Shown: positions 1 to 11,662 of the stretch, in pieces
Layout of the letters: the number at the start of each line of letters is the position of its first letter
How positions within the stretch are numbered: position 1 is the stretch's first letter
Source: Comamonadaceae bacterium
GTDB taxonomy: Bacteria > Pseudomonadota > Gammaproteobacteria > Burkholderiales > Burkholderiaceae_C
Reading direction: 5' to 3'
Assembly: GCA_024642025.1 (NCBI GenBank)
Contig: JAHEBY010000001.1
Span: 3,464 to 28,978 of the forward strand
DNA: 25,515 bases
Position numbers and translations under genes: made by a program
The notes under the pieces: model-generated
The model's database searches: none
Told to the model about the DNA's origin: nothing
The model's input: only the letters and a program-made list of their open reading frames with translations

Positions 1-375
1 CAGCAACACCACACTTTTACTTTTGTCGGCAAGATCGGCCTGTTTCAACAACTCAGCGCGCACGATTGAGCCGCCCAACGTATCAAAGGTTAGCTTCAGC
101 ACGTCTGAACTAACAGTAATGCGCTCTCCAGCGGCCATTGGTCCAGATGAACTGTTGATCGGCGCGCCTAAAACGGTTGATGAAGCGCTGTTCACGGGTA
201 TCGGTGCTGGCACACCCGAACCGGCCGTGGTGGCGGGCTGACCGGTAACTGCTGGCCGACTCGCTGAAGGCATGAAGGTGGCTGGTTTTCCGTTGTGAAT
301 TTGCCATTGGTCCCACAAGAGGACCAGCGAAAAACCAAAGATCACCCACAAGATGGTGCGGCGAATATCATTCAT
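1..375 (-). CDS. yidC: Membrane protein insertase YidC, N-terminal 125 codons (runs off the left edge)
   Basis: Manual translation from ATG at 375 gives MNDIRRTILWVIFGFSLVLLWDQWQIHNGKP..., the typical betaproteobacterial YidC N-terminal TM segment. Open to position 1, ATGA overlap with the yidD stop, canonical rnpA-yidD-yidC order. Not in the ORF track. Confidence 0.95.
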   Translation of the reverse strand, partial: MNDIRRTILWVIFGFSLVLLWDQWQIHNGKPATFMPSASRPAVTGQPATTAGSGVPAPIPVNSASSTVLGAPINSSSGPMAAGERITVSSDVLKLTFDTLGGSIVRAELLKQADLADKSKSVVLL

Positions 376-653
376 GAAGATTTCTTTTTTATCGAAGACG
401 AATTGGTCGAGGCCAGAAGGCCGGAAAAAACAGCTGGCCTGGTTGTCGGCACCGGATCAAGTCCGCCTCGGCACCATGGATGGCAACGAACCAGTCGGGC
501 CACGGTTAAATAAGTGCCCACCGCCGCACCATGCTTTTCCAGCGCCTGAAGCGAATAGGCAGAGCACGTCGGCTCGAATCGGCACGATGATCCTAGCCAT
601 GGGCTTAACAGTAGGCGATAGGACTTTACCAACGCAATCAAGATCGGTTTCAC
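372..653 (-). CDS. yidD: Membrane protein insertion efficiency factor YidD
   Basis: 93 aa with SPWLGSSCRFEPTCSAYSLQALEKHGA...RLVRCHPWCRGGLDPVP (conserved Cys motifs). GTG start overlaps the rnpA stop. Confidence 0.95.
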   Translation of the reverse strand: MKPILIALVKSYRLLLSPWLGSSCRFEPTCSAYSLQALEKHGAAVGTYLTVARLVRCHPWCRGGLDPVPTTRPAVFSGLLASTNSSSIKKKSS

Positions 654-1102
654 TTTGGAGCGATGGGCATTAAAGGGTTATTTGATTTCACAAAGGCCCG
701 GGTGAAAAGTTGCTCGAGTTCCAACCGGACAGCTGATTTGAGCACTCTGGATGTCGGGCTCAAAAACTGCGCCCTGCTGAATGCAGCCCGGAGCCTCACG
801 ACGAGAGTCGCAGATTGAAACGCACGTTCGTAATCTTTGCTTACTTCATAAATTTGGCGACGGATGGTGTTGCGGGAAACCGCTGTTTTCGCCCATCGCT
901 TCGGCACCATTGCACCAATCTTGGATACCCCGACCTCAGCTTCAGACTGTTTTTGTCTCGAATTTACCGTTGACTCGCGCAAGGATTCAGCACCCTCTTC
1001 GCGCATGACCACCATGAAATGCAACGCAAAATGGTCCGTTACAACAACGGCACGATCAGCCAGAACGGCCTGAAACTGGGAATGCGTTTTCAGGCGCCGC
1101 AC
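650..1102 (-). CDS. rnpA: Ribonuclease P protein component
   Basis: RLKTHSQFQAV N-terminus and GAMVPKRWAKTAVSRNTIRRQI (RNR-like motif); position between rpmH and yidD. Start placed at GTG 1102, which follows a GGCAGGAG SD-like sequence; the ORF track starts at 1120. Confidence 0.9.
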   Translation of the reverse strand: MRRLKTHSQFQAVLADRAVVVTDHFALHFMVVMREEGAESLRESTVNSRQKQSEAEVGVSKIGAMVPKRWAKTAVSRNTIRRQIYEVSKDYERAFQSATLVVRLRAAFSRAQFLSPTSRVLKSAVRLELEQLFTRAFVKSNNPLMPIAPK

Positions 1103-1213
1103 GCTGTGCTCCTGCCACATTGCAGGACTCGCAACTAATTAAGCCCCAGCGACGCCAACCATTTGCTTACAACCACTTTCAGCACGCCAGTGGCCTGACC
1201 ATGCTGTCAGCGA

Positions 1214-1348
1214 CTAGACGGCGAGGCGCTTGCGCCCCTTTGCCCTGCGGGCGTTTATCACAGCACGCCCACCGCGTGTTTTCATGCGAACTAGAAATCC
1301 GTGGGTTCGGGCCCGGCGAATCTTGGATGGCTGATAGGTGCGTTTCAT
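1214..1348 (-). CDS. rpmH: 50S ribosomal protein L34
   Basis: Manual translation gives [44 protein letters not shown] (44 aa), below the ORF track length cutoff. Confidence 0.98.
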   Translation of the reverse strand: MKRTYQPSKIRRARTHGFLVRMKTRGGRAVINARRAKGRKRLAV

Positions 1349-1495
1349 TGGAAATCCTGCGTTTCAATATTTTGGGGAAAGCCTGCGATTATCGCAAATT
1401 TCTTCAGCTACAGCAATACGTTACAGGGAACTCTGCTTTTTCCAGGTTGCAAGCCATTGCCCAATCAAAGTGTTCAAGGCATGCCAAATAGTGCT

Positions 1496-1504
1496 TGTGG
1501 ATAA
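1496..1504 (-). promoter_or_regulatory. DnaA box (perfect) in the rpmH-dnaA intergenic region
   Basis: TGTGGATAA on +, equal to TTATCCACA on -. Confidence 0.85.
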
Positions 1505-1544
1505 ATTCTTGATAAATTACAATTCGTCGTGCAAAAAATAGCAA

Positions 1545-1553
1545 CTATCCACA
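1545..1553 (+). promoter_or_regulatory. DnaA box (one mismatch) just upstream of dnaA, likely autoregulation
   Basis: CTATCCACA, ending 16 nt before the dnaA ATG. Confidence 0.7.
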
Positions 1554-1569
1554 GACGCAAAGTCGGGCA

Positions 1570-2982
1570 ATGACGGCTAGAGAATTTGAGAGCCCCTCCG
1601 GGTCAGCAGGATATGGTCCGGGGCAAGGGCTATGGCAGGCATGCATAGATCAGCTGGCCCAAGAGTTACCAGAACAGCAATTCAATACTTGGATAAGGCC
1701 ACTTTCTGCGCGGGTTTCCAACGACCTTTCACGGGTCACAATCTTTGTTGGCAATCGGTTTAAGCTTGATTGGATCCGCGCGCAATATAGTGCCCGAATC
1801 GCCAGCCTGCTGGAGAAGCTCTACGGTCAGACAATTACCTTAGAGTTAGCGCTCGCCCCGCGAGAGGCTTTGGTAAAAACCTTCCCGGCGTTTCAGTCCT
1901 CGGGTTCCTCGCCGGCGGAAGAAATTTCTGTTGGGGGGGATGACAGCGGGGGAGAGAATGCCCGAAACCGACTCAATACTTCCTTGACATTTGATACTTT
2001 GGTAGAAGGGACGGCCAACAGGATGGCTAGAGCGGCGGCCATGCATGTGTCTACCATGCCAGGTCATCTATATAACCCGCTTTTTATATATGGTGGGGTC
2101 GGTCTGGGAAAAACCCATCTGATGCACGCAGTCGGCAATCGGTTGCTGGCTGACAAACCCGGCTCAAAAGTTCTCTACATTCATGCTGAGCAGTTTGTAT
2201 CAGATGTCGTCAAAGCGTATCAGCGCAAAACCTTCGATGAATTTAAGGAGCGCTACCACTCGTTGGACCTGTTGTTAATTGATGATGTTCAGTTTTTCGC
2301 CAACAAAGAGCGAACCCAGGAAGAGTTTTTCAACGCGTTTGAGGCTTTGCTAGCGAAGAAGTCTCACATTGTGATGACTAGCGACACGTATCCAAAAGGG
2401 CTGACCGACATTCACGAGCGGCTTGTTTCGCGATTTGACTCCGGGTTGACCGTAGCCATAGAGCCGCCTGAACTGGAAATGCGAGTTGCCATTCTGATTA
2501 ACAAGGCTCGACTCGAAAACGCGGAAATGCCTGAGGAGGTAGCGTTTTTTGTCGCCAAGAACGTGCGTTCCAACGTACGGGAGCTTGAGGGGGCGTTACG
2601 AAAAATTCTTGCCTATTCCAGGTTCAATCAAAAAGAAATATCCATTGCGCTTGCCCGCGAGGCCCTTCGCGACCTTCTATCCATTCAGAATCGGCAAATC
2701 TCCGTTGAAAACATTCAGAAGACGGTTGCCGACTACTACAAGATAAAAGTTGCCGACATGTACTCCAAGAAGCGACCTGCCAGCATTGCAAGACCGCGTC
2801 AAATTGCCATGTATTTGGCCAAGGAGCTTACCCAGAAAAGTCTCCCAGAGATCGGCGAGTTGTTTGGCGGCCGCGACCACACCACTGTCCTGCATGCTGT
2901 TCGAAAAATTGGAGGTGAACGCCAGCAAATGACTGAGCTAAATCAACAACTCCACGTACTTGAACAAACTTTGAAAGGTTAA
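1570..2982 (+). CDS. dnaA: Chromosomal replication initiator DnaA
   Basis: [12 protein letters not shown] domain I, Walker A GGVGLGKT, Walker B LLLIDD, RELEGAL, and domain [22 protein letters not shown]. Confidence 0.99.
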   Translation: MTAREFESPSGSAGYGPGQGLWQACIDQLAQELPEQQFNTWIRPLSARVSNDLSRVTIFVGNRFKLDWIRAQYSARIASLLEKLYGQTITLELALAPREALVKTFPAFQSSGSSPAEEISVGGDDSGGENARNRLNTSLTFDTLVEGTANRMARAAAMHVSTMPGHLYNPLFIYGGVGLGKTHLMHAVGNRLLADKPGSKVLYIHAEQFVSDVVKAYQRKTFDEFKERYHSLDLLLIDDVQFFANKERTQEEFFNAFEALLAKKSHIVMTSDTYPKGLTDIHERLVSRFDSGLTVAIEPPELEMRVAILINKARLENAEMPEEVAFFVAKNVRSNVRELEGALRKILAYSRFNQKEISIALAREALRDLLSIQNRQISVENIQKTVADYYKIKVADMYSKKRPASIARPRQIAMYLAKELTQKSLPEIGELFGGRDHTTVLHAVRKIGGERQQMTELNQQLHVLEQTLKG

Positions 2983-3243
2983 TGTGATGCGCTCACGTGT
3001 GCTCTGCATGAGGGCTAACAAAGTTGGGGATAGTTTTACTCAAATCACTGAGTTATCCACAGAGGGTAGCAATTATTCCAGGTTATTCATTTCTTCGAGA
3101 CATGGGCGAGTCACACGTGTACACAGCCTTAAGGCTTATCCAAGTCATTGATAAAAAAGAGGAAAATGTACCTGTACACAGAAAAGTAGCTCCTTTATCT
3201 ACTACTACTAACTTGAAATAAAGAAATTAAAGAAGAGGTTGAC
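2983..3243. other. Candidate replication origin (oriC) in the dnaA-dnaN intergenic region
   Basis: Perfect TTATCCACA at 3053-3061. Degenerate boxes at 3025-3033, 3117-3125, 3136-3144 and 3172-3180. (CTA)4 at 3199-3210 followed by an A-rich tract. Confidence 0.65.
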
Positions 3244-4350
3244 ATGATTGTCCTGAAGGCAACACAAGATAAAGTTCTGGCAGTTCTACAGTCGGTCGCT
3301 GGAATCGTTGAGCGTCGACACACGTTGCCCATCTTGGCCAATGTACTGATTCGAAAAACTGGTTCGTCGCTGCAGTTCACCAGCAGTGATCTGGAAATAC
3401 AAATTAGGACTTCCTCCGAACTCAATGGCGACAATGGTAATTTCACGACGACCATAGGCGCGCGAAAGTTAATTGATATTTTGCGCAGCATGCCGTCGGA
3501 CCAGACGGTTTCACTTGAGTCCAGTGCCTCAAAGGTAATTCTCAAGGGTGGCAAGAGCAAATTCACTTTGCAGACGATGCCGGCAGAGGATTTTCCGCTA
3601 GTACAAGAGTCTGCAAATTTCGGTGTAGTGTTTAGCGTGCCTCAAAAGACACTTAAAGACCTTCTCAGCCAGGTTTCGTTCGCCATGGCCGTGCACGATA
3701 TCCGCTATTATTTGAACGGTATCCTGTTTGTAGCTGAGGGCAAACAACTCAGCCTGGTCGCAACCGATGGTCATCGGTTGGCCTTTGCGTCATCCACTCT
3801 GGACGTTGAAGTGCCAAAGCAGGAAGTCATCTTGCCTCGCAAGACGGTCTTGGAGCTTCAGCGCTTGCTCAGCGATGCAGAGGGCGCCATCGAAATGCAA
3901 TTCGCAAACAATCAGGCGAAATTTACCTTCGATGGAATGGAATTTGTAACCAAGCTGGTAGAGGGCAAGTTTCCTGACTACAACCGTGTCATTCCTAAAA
4001 ATCATAAAAATAGCGTTACTTTGGGACGCGTTGCGTTATTGGCGACACTTCAGCGCACGGCCATTTTGACCAGTGACAAGTTCAAGGGCGTCCGCCTTAA
4101 CATTGAGCCCAGTACTTTGCGGGTTGCTTCCAGTAATGCTGAACAGGAAGAGGCAGTTGATGAGCTGGACGTTGACTATGCTGGAGATAGCATAGAAATC
4201 GGCTTCAACGTAACGTACCTGATCGATGCGTTGACCAACATGAACCAGGAGATGGTCAAACTGGAGTTATCAGACGGAAACAGCTCCGCGCTATTCACGA
4301 TTCCTGACAACATGACATTCAAGTATGTGGTCATGCCAATGAGAATTTAG
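3244..4350 (+). CDS. dnaN: DNA polymerase III beta sliding clamp
   Basis: 368 aa with motifs VERRHTLPILANVL, DIRYYLNG, VATDGHRLA, GKFPDYNRVIP and YVVMPMRI; lies between dnaA and gyrB. Confidence 0.99.
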   Translation: MIVLKATQDKVLAVLQSVAGIVERRHTLPILANVLIRKTGSSLQFTSSDLEIQIRTSSELNGDNGNFTTTIGARKLIDILRSMPSDQTVSLESSASKVILKGGKSKFTLQTMPAEDFPLVQESANFGVVFSVPQKTLKDLLSQVSFAMAVHDIRYYLNGILFVAEGKQLSLVATDGHRLAFASSTLDVEVPKQEVILPRKTVLELQRLLSDAEGAIEMQFANNQAKFTFDGMEFVTKLVEGKFPDYNRVIPKNHKNSVTLGRVALLATLQRTAILTSDKFKGVRLNIEPSTLRVASSNAEQEEAVDELDVDYAGDSIEIGFNVTYLIDALTNMNQEMVKLELSDGNSSALFTIPDNMTFKYVVMPMRI

Positions 4351-4378
4351 TGCATAAAAGACCATAGCGCCCCAGACG

Positions 4379-4402
4379 CAAACCCCCTAGCAAGGGGGTT
4401 TG
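4379..4402. terminator. Stem-loop between dnaN and gyrB (possible terminator or pause/processing site)
   Basis: CAAACCCCCT-agca-AGGGGGTTTG, a perfect 10-bp stem; no long U-tract. Confidence 0.45.
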
Positions 4403-4426
4403 GTCATTCAAGAGTTTGCAGAATAG

Positions 4427-7045
<2,619 letters not shown>

Positions 7046-7057
7046 TGGTTTTCTGCC

Positions 7058-8587
7058 TCACGTCCCGCAAAAGGTTTTGTACCCTGCCGTTTGCTCAGTT
7101 GTTCCCGGCAAGGCATAGCGCTCAAGACCATCCCGTTTGCCAAAGGGCTGCTTGACCACATCCAAAAGCCGCTCAAAAGGCCGCATGTCACCCTGCTGAG
7201 TGGCTGCATCCAGTGCTTCCTCGACGAGGTGGTTGCGGGGGATGTAAACCGGGTTCGCTTCGCGCATGGCGGCAGTTTGCGCCAGAGGCGAGCGACCTTC
7301 GAGCGCGCTGCGTGCACGCCAGCGCGACAACCATGCGTCCATCGGTGGAGCAGTCGGCGCATCATTGACGGTCGGATGCAGCGCCTGCAACCTGGAGGCG
7401 GTCTGGTGGGGTACTTGGGTTTCGTCTGCCAGGTAATCAAACGCAAGAGTGAAATCTACCTGTCGGCTCGCCAGGGTTTTGAGGAAGTCTGTTGCCAGTG
7501 CAAGGTCGTCTGTGCGCTGTGCTTGCAGGCCGAGCTTGCGGCGCATGCCAGCCAGCCAGTTTCGCTCGTAGTGGATCGGGAACTCGTCCAGCACCTCTGT
7601 GGCCAGCGCCACGGCTCGCTCTGGCGCGTTGGTCATTAGCGGCAACAGGGCTTCGGCAAGGCGGGCGAGGTTCCATCGGGCGATCAGCGGCTGGTTGGCA
7701 TAGGCGTAGCGCCCTTGCAAGTCGATTGAGCTGAAAACGGTGGCTGGATCGTACTGATCCATGAACGCGCAGGGGCCATAGTCGATCGTTTCCCCAGAGA
7801 CGGTCATGTTGTCAGTGTTCATGACACCGTGGATGAATCCAACGTTCATCCAGCGGGCAATCAGCACGGCTTGTCGCTCGGCTACGGCGCGCAGCAAGCT
7901 GAGGTACGGGTTGGGCGCTTCTTTTATTTCAGGGTCGTGCCGGGCAATCGTGTAGTCCGCGAGGCGTCGCAAGTTGTCGATGTCACCTCTTGCCGCAAAG
8001 AACTGGAATGTGCCCACACGAATATGGCTCGAAGCCGCTCTTGTGAGCACAGCCCCTGGTAGTGCGCCCGTCTCGCGGTGCACGGACTCGCCGGTGGTGA
8101 CGGCTGCGAGCGCTCGCGTGGTTGGTATGCCGAGCGCATGCATGGCCTCACCCATCAAGTATTCGCGCAGGACGGGGCCCAGCGCAGCCTTGCCGTCGCC
8201 GCCCCGCGAAAATGGGGTGCGGCCAGAGCCTTTCAGTGCGAGGTCGTGGCGCTTGCCAGCGCGGTCGATCACCTCGCCCAATAGCAATGCCCGCCCGTCA
8301 CCCAGCTGTGGCGAGAAGCCGCCAAACTGATGGCCTGCATAGGCCTGTGCTATGGGTGTAGCGCCTATCGGGACATGATTGCCGGAGAAGATCGCTGCGC
8401 CCAACGGCGAATCTAGTGCCTGCGTGTCCAGTCCCAGCGCATCCGACAACGCGCGGTTATATTTGATCAGCACGGGTTCGACCACCTGCGCCGGCCGGCC
8501 GGGCACGTAAAGGCCTTCCAGCATGCGCGCGTAGGAGTTGTCGAAGTAGAAGCTGGGTTCTGCGGCAATTGGTGTGGCGTTTTCCAT
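7058..8587 (-). CDS. selO: Protein adenylyltransferase SelO (YdiU family)
   Basis: AYAGHQFGGFSPQLGDGRA, LKGSGRTPFSRGGDG, GFIHGVMNTDN, IDYGPCAF and NPVYIPRNH; C-terminus TFCGT. Confidence 0.95.
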   Translation of the reverse strand: MENATPIAAEPSFYFDNSYARMLEGLYVPGRPAQVVEPVLIKYNRALSDALGLDTQALDSPLGAAIFSGNHVPIGATPIAQAYAGHQFGGFSPQLGDGRALLLGEVIDRAGKRHDLALKGSGRTPFSRGGDGKAALGPVLREYLMGEAMHALGIPTTRALAAVTTGESVHRETGALPGAVLTRAASSHIRVGTFQFFAARGDIDNLRRLADYTIARHDPEIKEAPNPYLSLLRAVAERQAVLIARWMNVGFIHGVMNTDNMTVSGETIDYGPCAFMDQYDPATVFSSIDLQGRYAYANQPLIARWNLARLAEALLPLMTNAPERAVALATEVLDEFPIHYERNWLAGMRRKLGLQAQRTDDLALATDFLKTLASRQVDFTLAFDYLADETQVPHQTASRLQALHPTVNDAPTAPPMDAWLSRWRARSALEGRSPLAQTAAMREANPVYIPRNHLVEEALDAATQQGDMRPFERLLDVVKQPFGKRDGLERYALPGTTEQTAGYKTFCGT

Positions 8588-8679
8588 GAATGCAGCTTAC
8601 AGGCAATCATGAAAGTGTGTTCTGCGGTATCTGCGAAAATCGCAGCAGCGTCGCAATCCGCATAACCTTCCCGCCGCCC

Positions 8680-9783
8680 ATGTCCCGCCTTGCCAGAACT
8701 TTGCCGAATGGCACCCACGATTCGAGAGGCCTTGATGACGCGCGCATTCGTTCGGTTCGCCCTTTGATCACGCCAGCGCTTCTTGAGGAACAACTGCCCG
8801 TGGCTGCTGCTGCGCAGGCTTTGGTGGCGGATAGTCGGGCAGCTATTTCACGTGTGCTTCAGGGGCTCGATCAACGGCTGATTGTTGTCGTAGGCCCATG
8901 CTCCATTCATGACCACGATCAGGGTGTGGAATATGCGAAGCGGCTCAAGGAGCAGGCCGATGCGCTGAAGGACGATTTGCTGGTGGTCATGCGGGTCTAT
9001 TTTGAAAAGCCCCGCACTGTTGTGGGCTGGAAGGGTTATATCAACGATCCGCACCTGGACGGCACCTTTGCCATTAACGAGGGCCTGATGTTGGCGCGCC
9101 AATTGCTGCTTGATGTTCTGCTGTTGGGATTGCCGGTTGGCACTGAGTTCCTGGATTTGCTGTCACCGCAGTTCATCAGCGACCTTGTGAGCTGGGGCGC
9201 CATAGGCGCGCGCACAACGGAGAGTCAGAGTCACCGCCAGCTCGCCAGTGGCCTTTCGTGCCCGGTAGGGTTCAAGAACGGTACGGACGGAGGCATCAAG
9301 ATCGCGACAGACGCCATTCAGGCTGCGCGCGCGTCGCACGCCTTTATGGGCATGACAAAGATGGGGCAGGCCGCCATTTATGAGACCCGTGGCAACAGTG
9401 ATTGCCACGTGATTCTGCGTGGTGGCAAAGTGCCGAACTATTCAAGGGCAGACGTTGACACGGCCTGCAAATTGTTGGGCGAAGCGGGGTTGCGCGAACA
9501 GGTCATGATTGACGTGAGTCATGCCAATAGCAGCAAGCTACATTCCCGGCAGATTAGTGTGGCTGCGGACGTCGCACGGCAGATTGCAACTGGCGACAGG
9601 CGGATTGCTGGCGTGATGATTGAGAGCCATCTGAACGAAGGCCGTCAGGAAATTGTTCCCGGCAAAGCGCTCAAGCACGGTGTGTCGGTAACGGATGCCT
9701 GTATAAGCTTTGACCAGACCATTCCCGTGTTGGAAGGCCTGGCGCTTGCGGCCCGCAACAGGCGTGGTATCGCTGCAACCTGA
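8680..9783 (+). CDS. aroG: 3-deoxy-7-phosphoheptulonate (DAHP) synthase, class I (AroF/G/H family)
   Basis: VVGPCSIHD, RVYFEKPRTVVGWKG, GAIGARTTESQSHRQLASG, DVSHANS, MIESH and SVTDAC. Start moved to ATG 8680 because the track's 8590 start lies 2 bp from the divergent selO start. The feedback specificity (F/G/H) cannot be told from sequence. Confidence 0.9.
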   Translation: MSRLARTLPNGTHDSRGLDDARIRSVRPLITPALLEEQLPVAAAAQALVADSRAAISRVLQGLDQRLIVVVGPCSIHDHDQGVEYAKRLKEQADALKDDLLVVMRVYFEKPRTVVGWKGYINDPHLDGTFAINEGLMLARQLLLDVLLLGLPVGTEFLDLLSPQFISDLVSWGAIGARTTESQSHRQLASGLSCPVGFKNGTDGGIKIATDAIQAARASHAFMGMTKMGQAAIYETRGNSDCHVILRGGKVPNYSRADVDTACKLLGEAGLREQVMIDVSHANSSKLHSRQISVAADVARQIATGDRRIAGVMIESHLNEGRQEIVPGKALKHGVSVTDACISFDQTIPVLEGLALAARNRRGIAAT

Positions 9784-9832
9784 TTCTGCTTATACTGGTT
9801 TAACCGATCCTGGCATTCATGTTTGAGGTCTT

Positions 9833-10261
9833 ATGAAGCCGATTACCGAACTGCTCAAGAAACGAAATTCCAGCATGTATCAGGTTGCCCCTGATGTGGT
9901 GGTGTTCGACGGCCTCAAGCTGCTGGCTGAGTACGGTGTGGGGGCGATGCTGGTCATGGATTCAAGCCGCATGGTGGGCATTTTCTCCGAGCGTGATTAC
10001 ACTCGCAAGGTTGCCCTGCAGGGTCTGAATTCCCGCGAAATTACTGTGGCCGATATCATGACGCCGGACGTGATCTCGGTGGGGCCCGCAACCGGCACGC
10101 GCGCGTGCATGAGCCTGATGAGCCAAAACAAAATCCGCCACCTGCCGGTGGTTGACGGTAGCAAGGTACTGGGGCTCATATCGATTCGTGACCTTATGGA
10201 CGACATCATTGCCGAGCATGAGGTCACCATTTCGCAATTACAGAGCTATATATCGGGATAG
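9833..10261 (+). CDS. CBS domain-pair protein
   Basis: 142 aa with GIFSERDYTRKV, VADIMT, IRHLPVVD and GLISIRDL; GAGG SD upstream. Confidence 0.92.
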   Translation: MKPITELLKKRNSSMYQVAPDVVVFDGLKLLAEYGVGAMLVMDSSRMVGIFSERDYTRKVALQGLNSREITVADIMTPDVISVGPATGTRACMSLMSQNKIRHLPVVDGSKVLGLISIRDLMDDIIAEHEVTISQLQSYISG

Positions 10262-10323
10262 GGCGGGGCCGATCTACGTGCTGGTCCGCGGCGGCCGGGT
10301 ATGTTTTAAGTAAAAAAGGGGAA

Positions 10324-10367
10324 CTAGCCCCCTTTAAATATGCCCAGACAGCTATAAATTTAAGAGC
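10324..10367 (+). repeat. Dispersed ~44-bp intergenic repeat, copy A
   Basis: 31/44 identical, ungapped, to 17600-17643. Begins CTAGCCCCC and ends in the 17-nt quasi-palindrome GCTATAAATTTAAGAGC. Confidence 0.7.
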
Positions 10368-10414
10368 AATTCGGGGCGGGTGAGGAGTTTAGTGAGCGCT
10401 CCCAAGACAAAACC

Positions 10415-10428
10415 TAGGGTTTACCCTA
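10415..10428. promoter_or_regulatory. Palindromic operator-like site overlapping a TATACT -10 box
   Basis: TAGGGT-TT-ACCCTA; TATACT at 10427-10432, upstream of the 10469 ORF. Confidence 0.5.
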
Positions 10429-10468
10429 TACTGCACTGCAGCATAAGTTTGCTTTAGGAGGTTTTGCC

Positions 10469-10750
10469 ATGACTGACATCACATTGAAATCCGCCGACCT
10501 TTCGGCGACAGGCGGCGCGCCGGGCGTAGACCAGGCGATTCGCGAACTGGGTCATGCCACGCGGCGGCTCGCGGTGGCTTTGTGGGCGGCGGGCACCCAG
10601 CGGCCAGTGTTTGTACCGCGCGTGCTCACGGCAGCTGAAGAGGCCGCCGAGTTGCGTGAATTTGCAGCGCTCCATATGAAGACCGACCCGGGTTTTGCAG
10701 CAGATTTGTTTGCCGCAGCAGACAGGCACGAACTGACCTGCCGGGAATAG
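10469..10750 (+). CDS. Small hypothetical protein (93 aa, Ala-rich, helical)
   Basis: Strong SD (AGGAGG) and a -10 box upstream. The C-terminal TAAEEAAELREFA...DPGFAADLFAAADRHE reads like a real helical protein; function unknown. Confidence 0.75.
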   Translation: MTDITLKSADLSATGGAPGVDQAIRELGHATRRLAVALWAAGTQRPVFVPRVLTAAEEAAELREFAALHMKTDPGFAADLFAAADRHELTCRE

Positions 10751-10803
10751 GCTTACCTGGGTAGGGTCCTGCCGTTAGTGTTGCGGCTATGCACATTGGG
10801 GCG

Positions 10804-10820
10804 GCTATTTTTTTTGTAGC
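10804..10820 (-). repeat. Possible degenerate third copy of the intergenic repeat (inverted orientation)
   Basis: 17-mer GCTATTTTTTTTGTAGC, followed by TTGCTCA, which is also in the reverse complement of copy B with a 2-nt offset. Confidence 0.4.
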
Positions 10821-10885
10821 GGAATTTGCTCATATGTCTCGCGTTAATATCAGCGCATTAGATATAAATGCAGGCTTGGGCGACC

Positions 10886-11491
10886 ATGATCTACAAGGAG
10901 TTGGATGCGCTTAACAGCGTAGCGGCAGATGCCACGGCCATTCATTTCGCGCAGGAAATGATGGCAGCTCACCTCACACGGGCATTTGCCAGCAGTGGTG
11001 ACGTGGATGTGCTTAGCGGCTTGCGCGTAAAGGCAGGCAACGTCACTGCTCAAGTCGACCACTTGGTGCTCCATCCGTATGGCCTCATGGTGGTGGATTG
11101 CCAGAGCGTGCTTGGGGGCCTGCAGGTTTGTGAAGATGGACAGTGGCTGAGTTGGCGTAACAGCCATGTTTCGGAAATGCGGTCCCCAGTACATCGGGTC
11201 TTTGCGCAGGCCTCTGCGTTCAAGCAGTTTCTTGAAATGAAGGTCAAGCAGCGCGGGTTCTTCAGCAAAATGGAGATGGCGGTCCTTGTGGCTGTGCCAG
11301 ACAAGAGCGCCATCGAGTGGCCGCCCAGCGGAGCCCTGTCAATTGTGTGCAACACCGCGCAGGTTCCCGCGAGAATTCTTCAGCGCGTTCAGGACTGTGC
11401 ATTGCGCTTTGGCGGGCGCGGAATATTTCACGCGGAGCACCGCGATCGGCTGGCCGAGTTTTTATGTGCGGCGCACCAGCCAGATCCTTGA
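10886..11491 (+). CDS. NERD (nuclease-related domain) protein, paralog 1, degenerate catalytic motif
   Basis: AQVDHLVLHPYGLMVVDCQ, aligning to the NERD xIDHxxx...GxxxxExK motif, and SPVHRVFAQ. Start set at MIYKELD, which is shared with paralog 2; the track starts at 10868. Confidence 0.75.
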   Translation: MIYKELDALNSVAADATAIHFAQEMMAAHLTRAFASSGDVDVLSGLRVKAGNVTAQVDHLVLHPYGLMVVDCQSVLGGLQVCEDGQWLSWRNSHVSEMRSPVHRVFAQASAFKQFLEMKVKQRGFFSKMEMAVLVAVPDKSAIEWPPSGALSIVCNTAQVPARILQRVQDCALRFGGRGIFHAEHRDRLAEFLCAAHQPDP

Positions 11492-11662
11492 CGGCAGCTA
11501 TGGGCCAGTCGTTCTCTTCGAGGCCGCATCCCCCCGAGCCCTATGTTGTAACAAAAGGTGTCTAGTGGCTTTGCGGAATCACCACAGTGCCGGATTTCCT
11601 TGCCCGAACGGTTCGTCGCCGGGTAATATGCTGTTTCACGCACCCGCCGCTGGCATCGCATC

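Noticed and set aside
1179-1367. 62-aa minus-strand ORF in the track ([10 protein letters not shown]...)
   Set aside because: Wrong-frame shadow of rpmH; the true L34 reading is 1214-1348.
7058-7075. Possible selenocysteine recoding at the selO TGA
   Set aside because: The C-terminus reads FCGT-stop, with Cys already at the redox position; gyrB ends 12 bp away, leaving no room for a SECIS-type extension.
7091-7639. 182-aa plus-strand ORF and other ORFs antisense to selO
   Set aside because: Fully overlaps a well-supported gene on the opposite strand, with no recognisable motifs; typical of GC-rich shadow ORFs.
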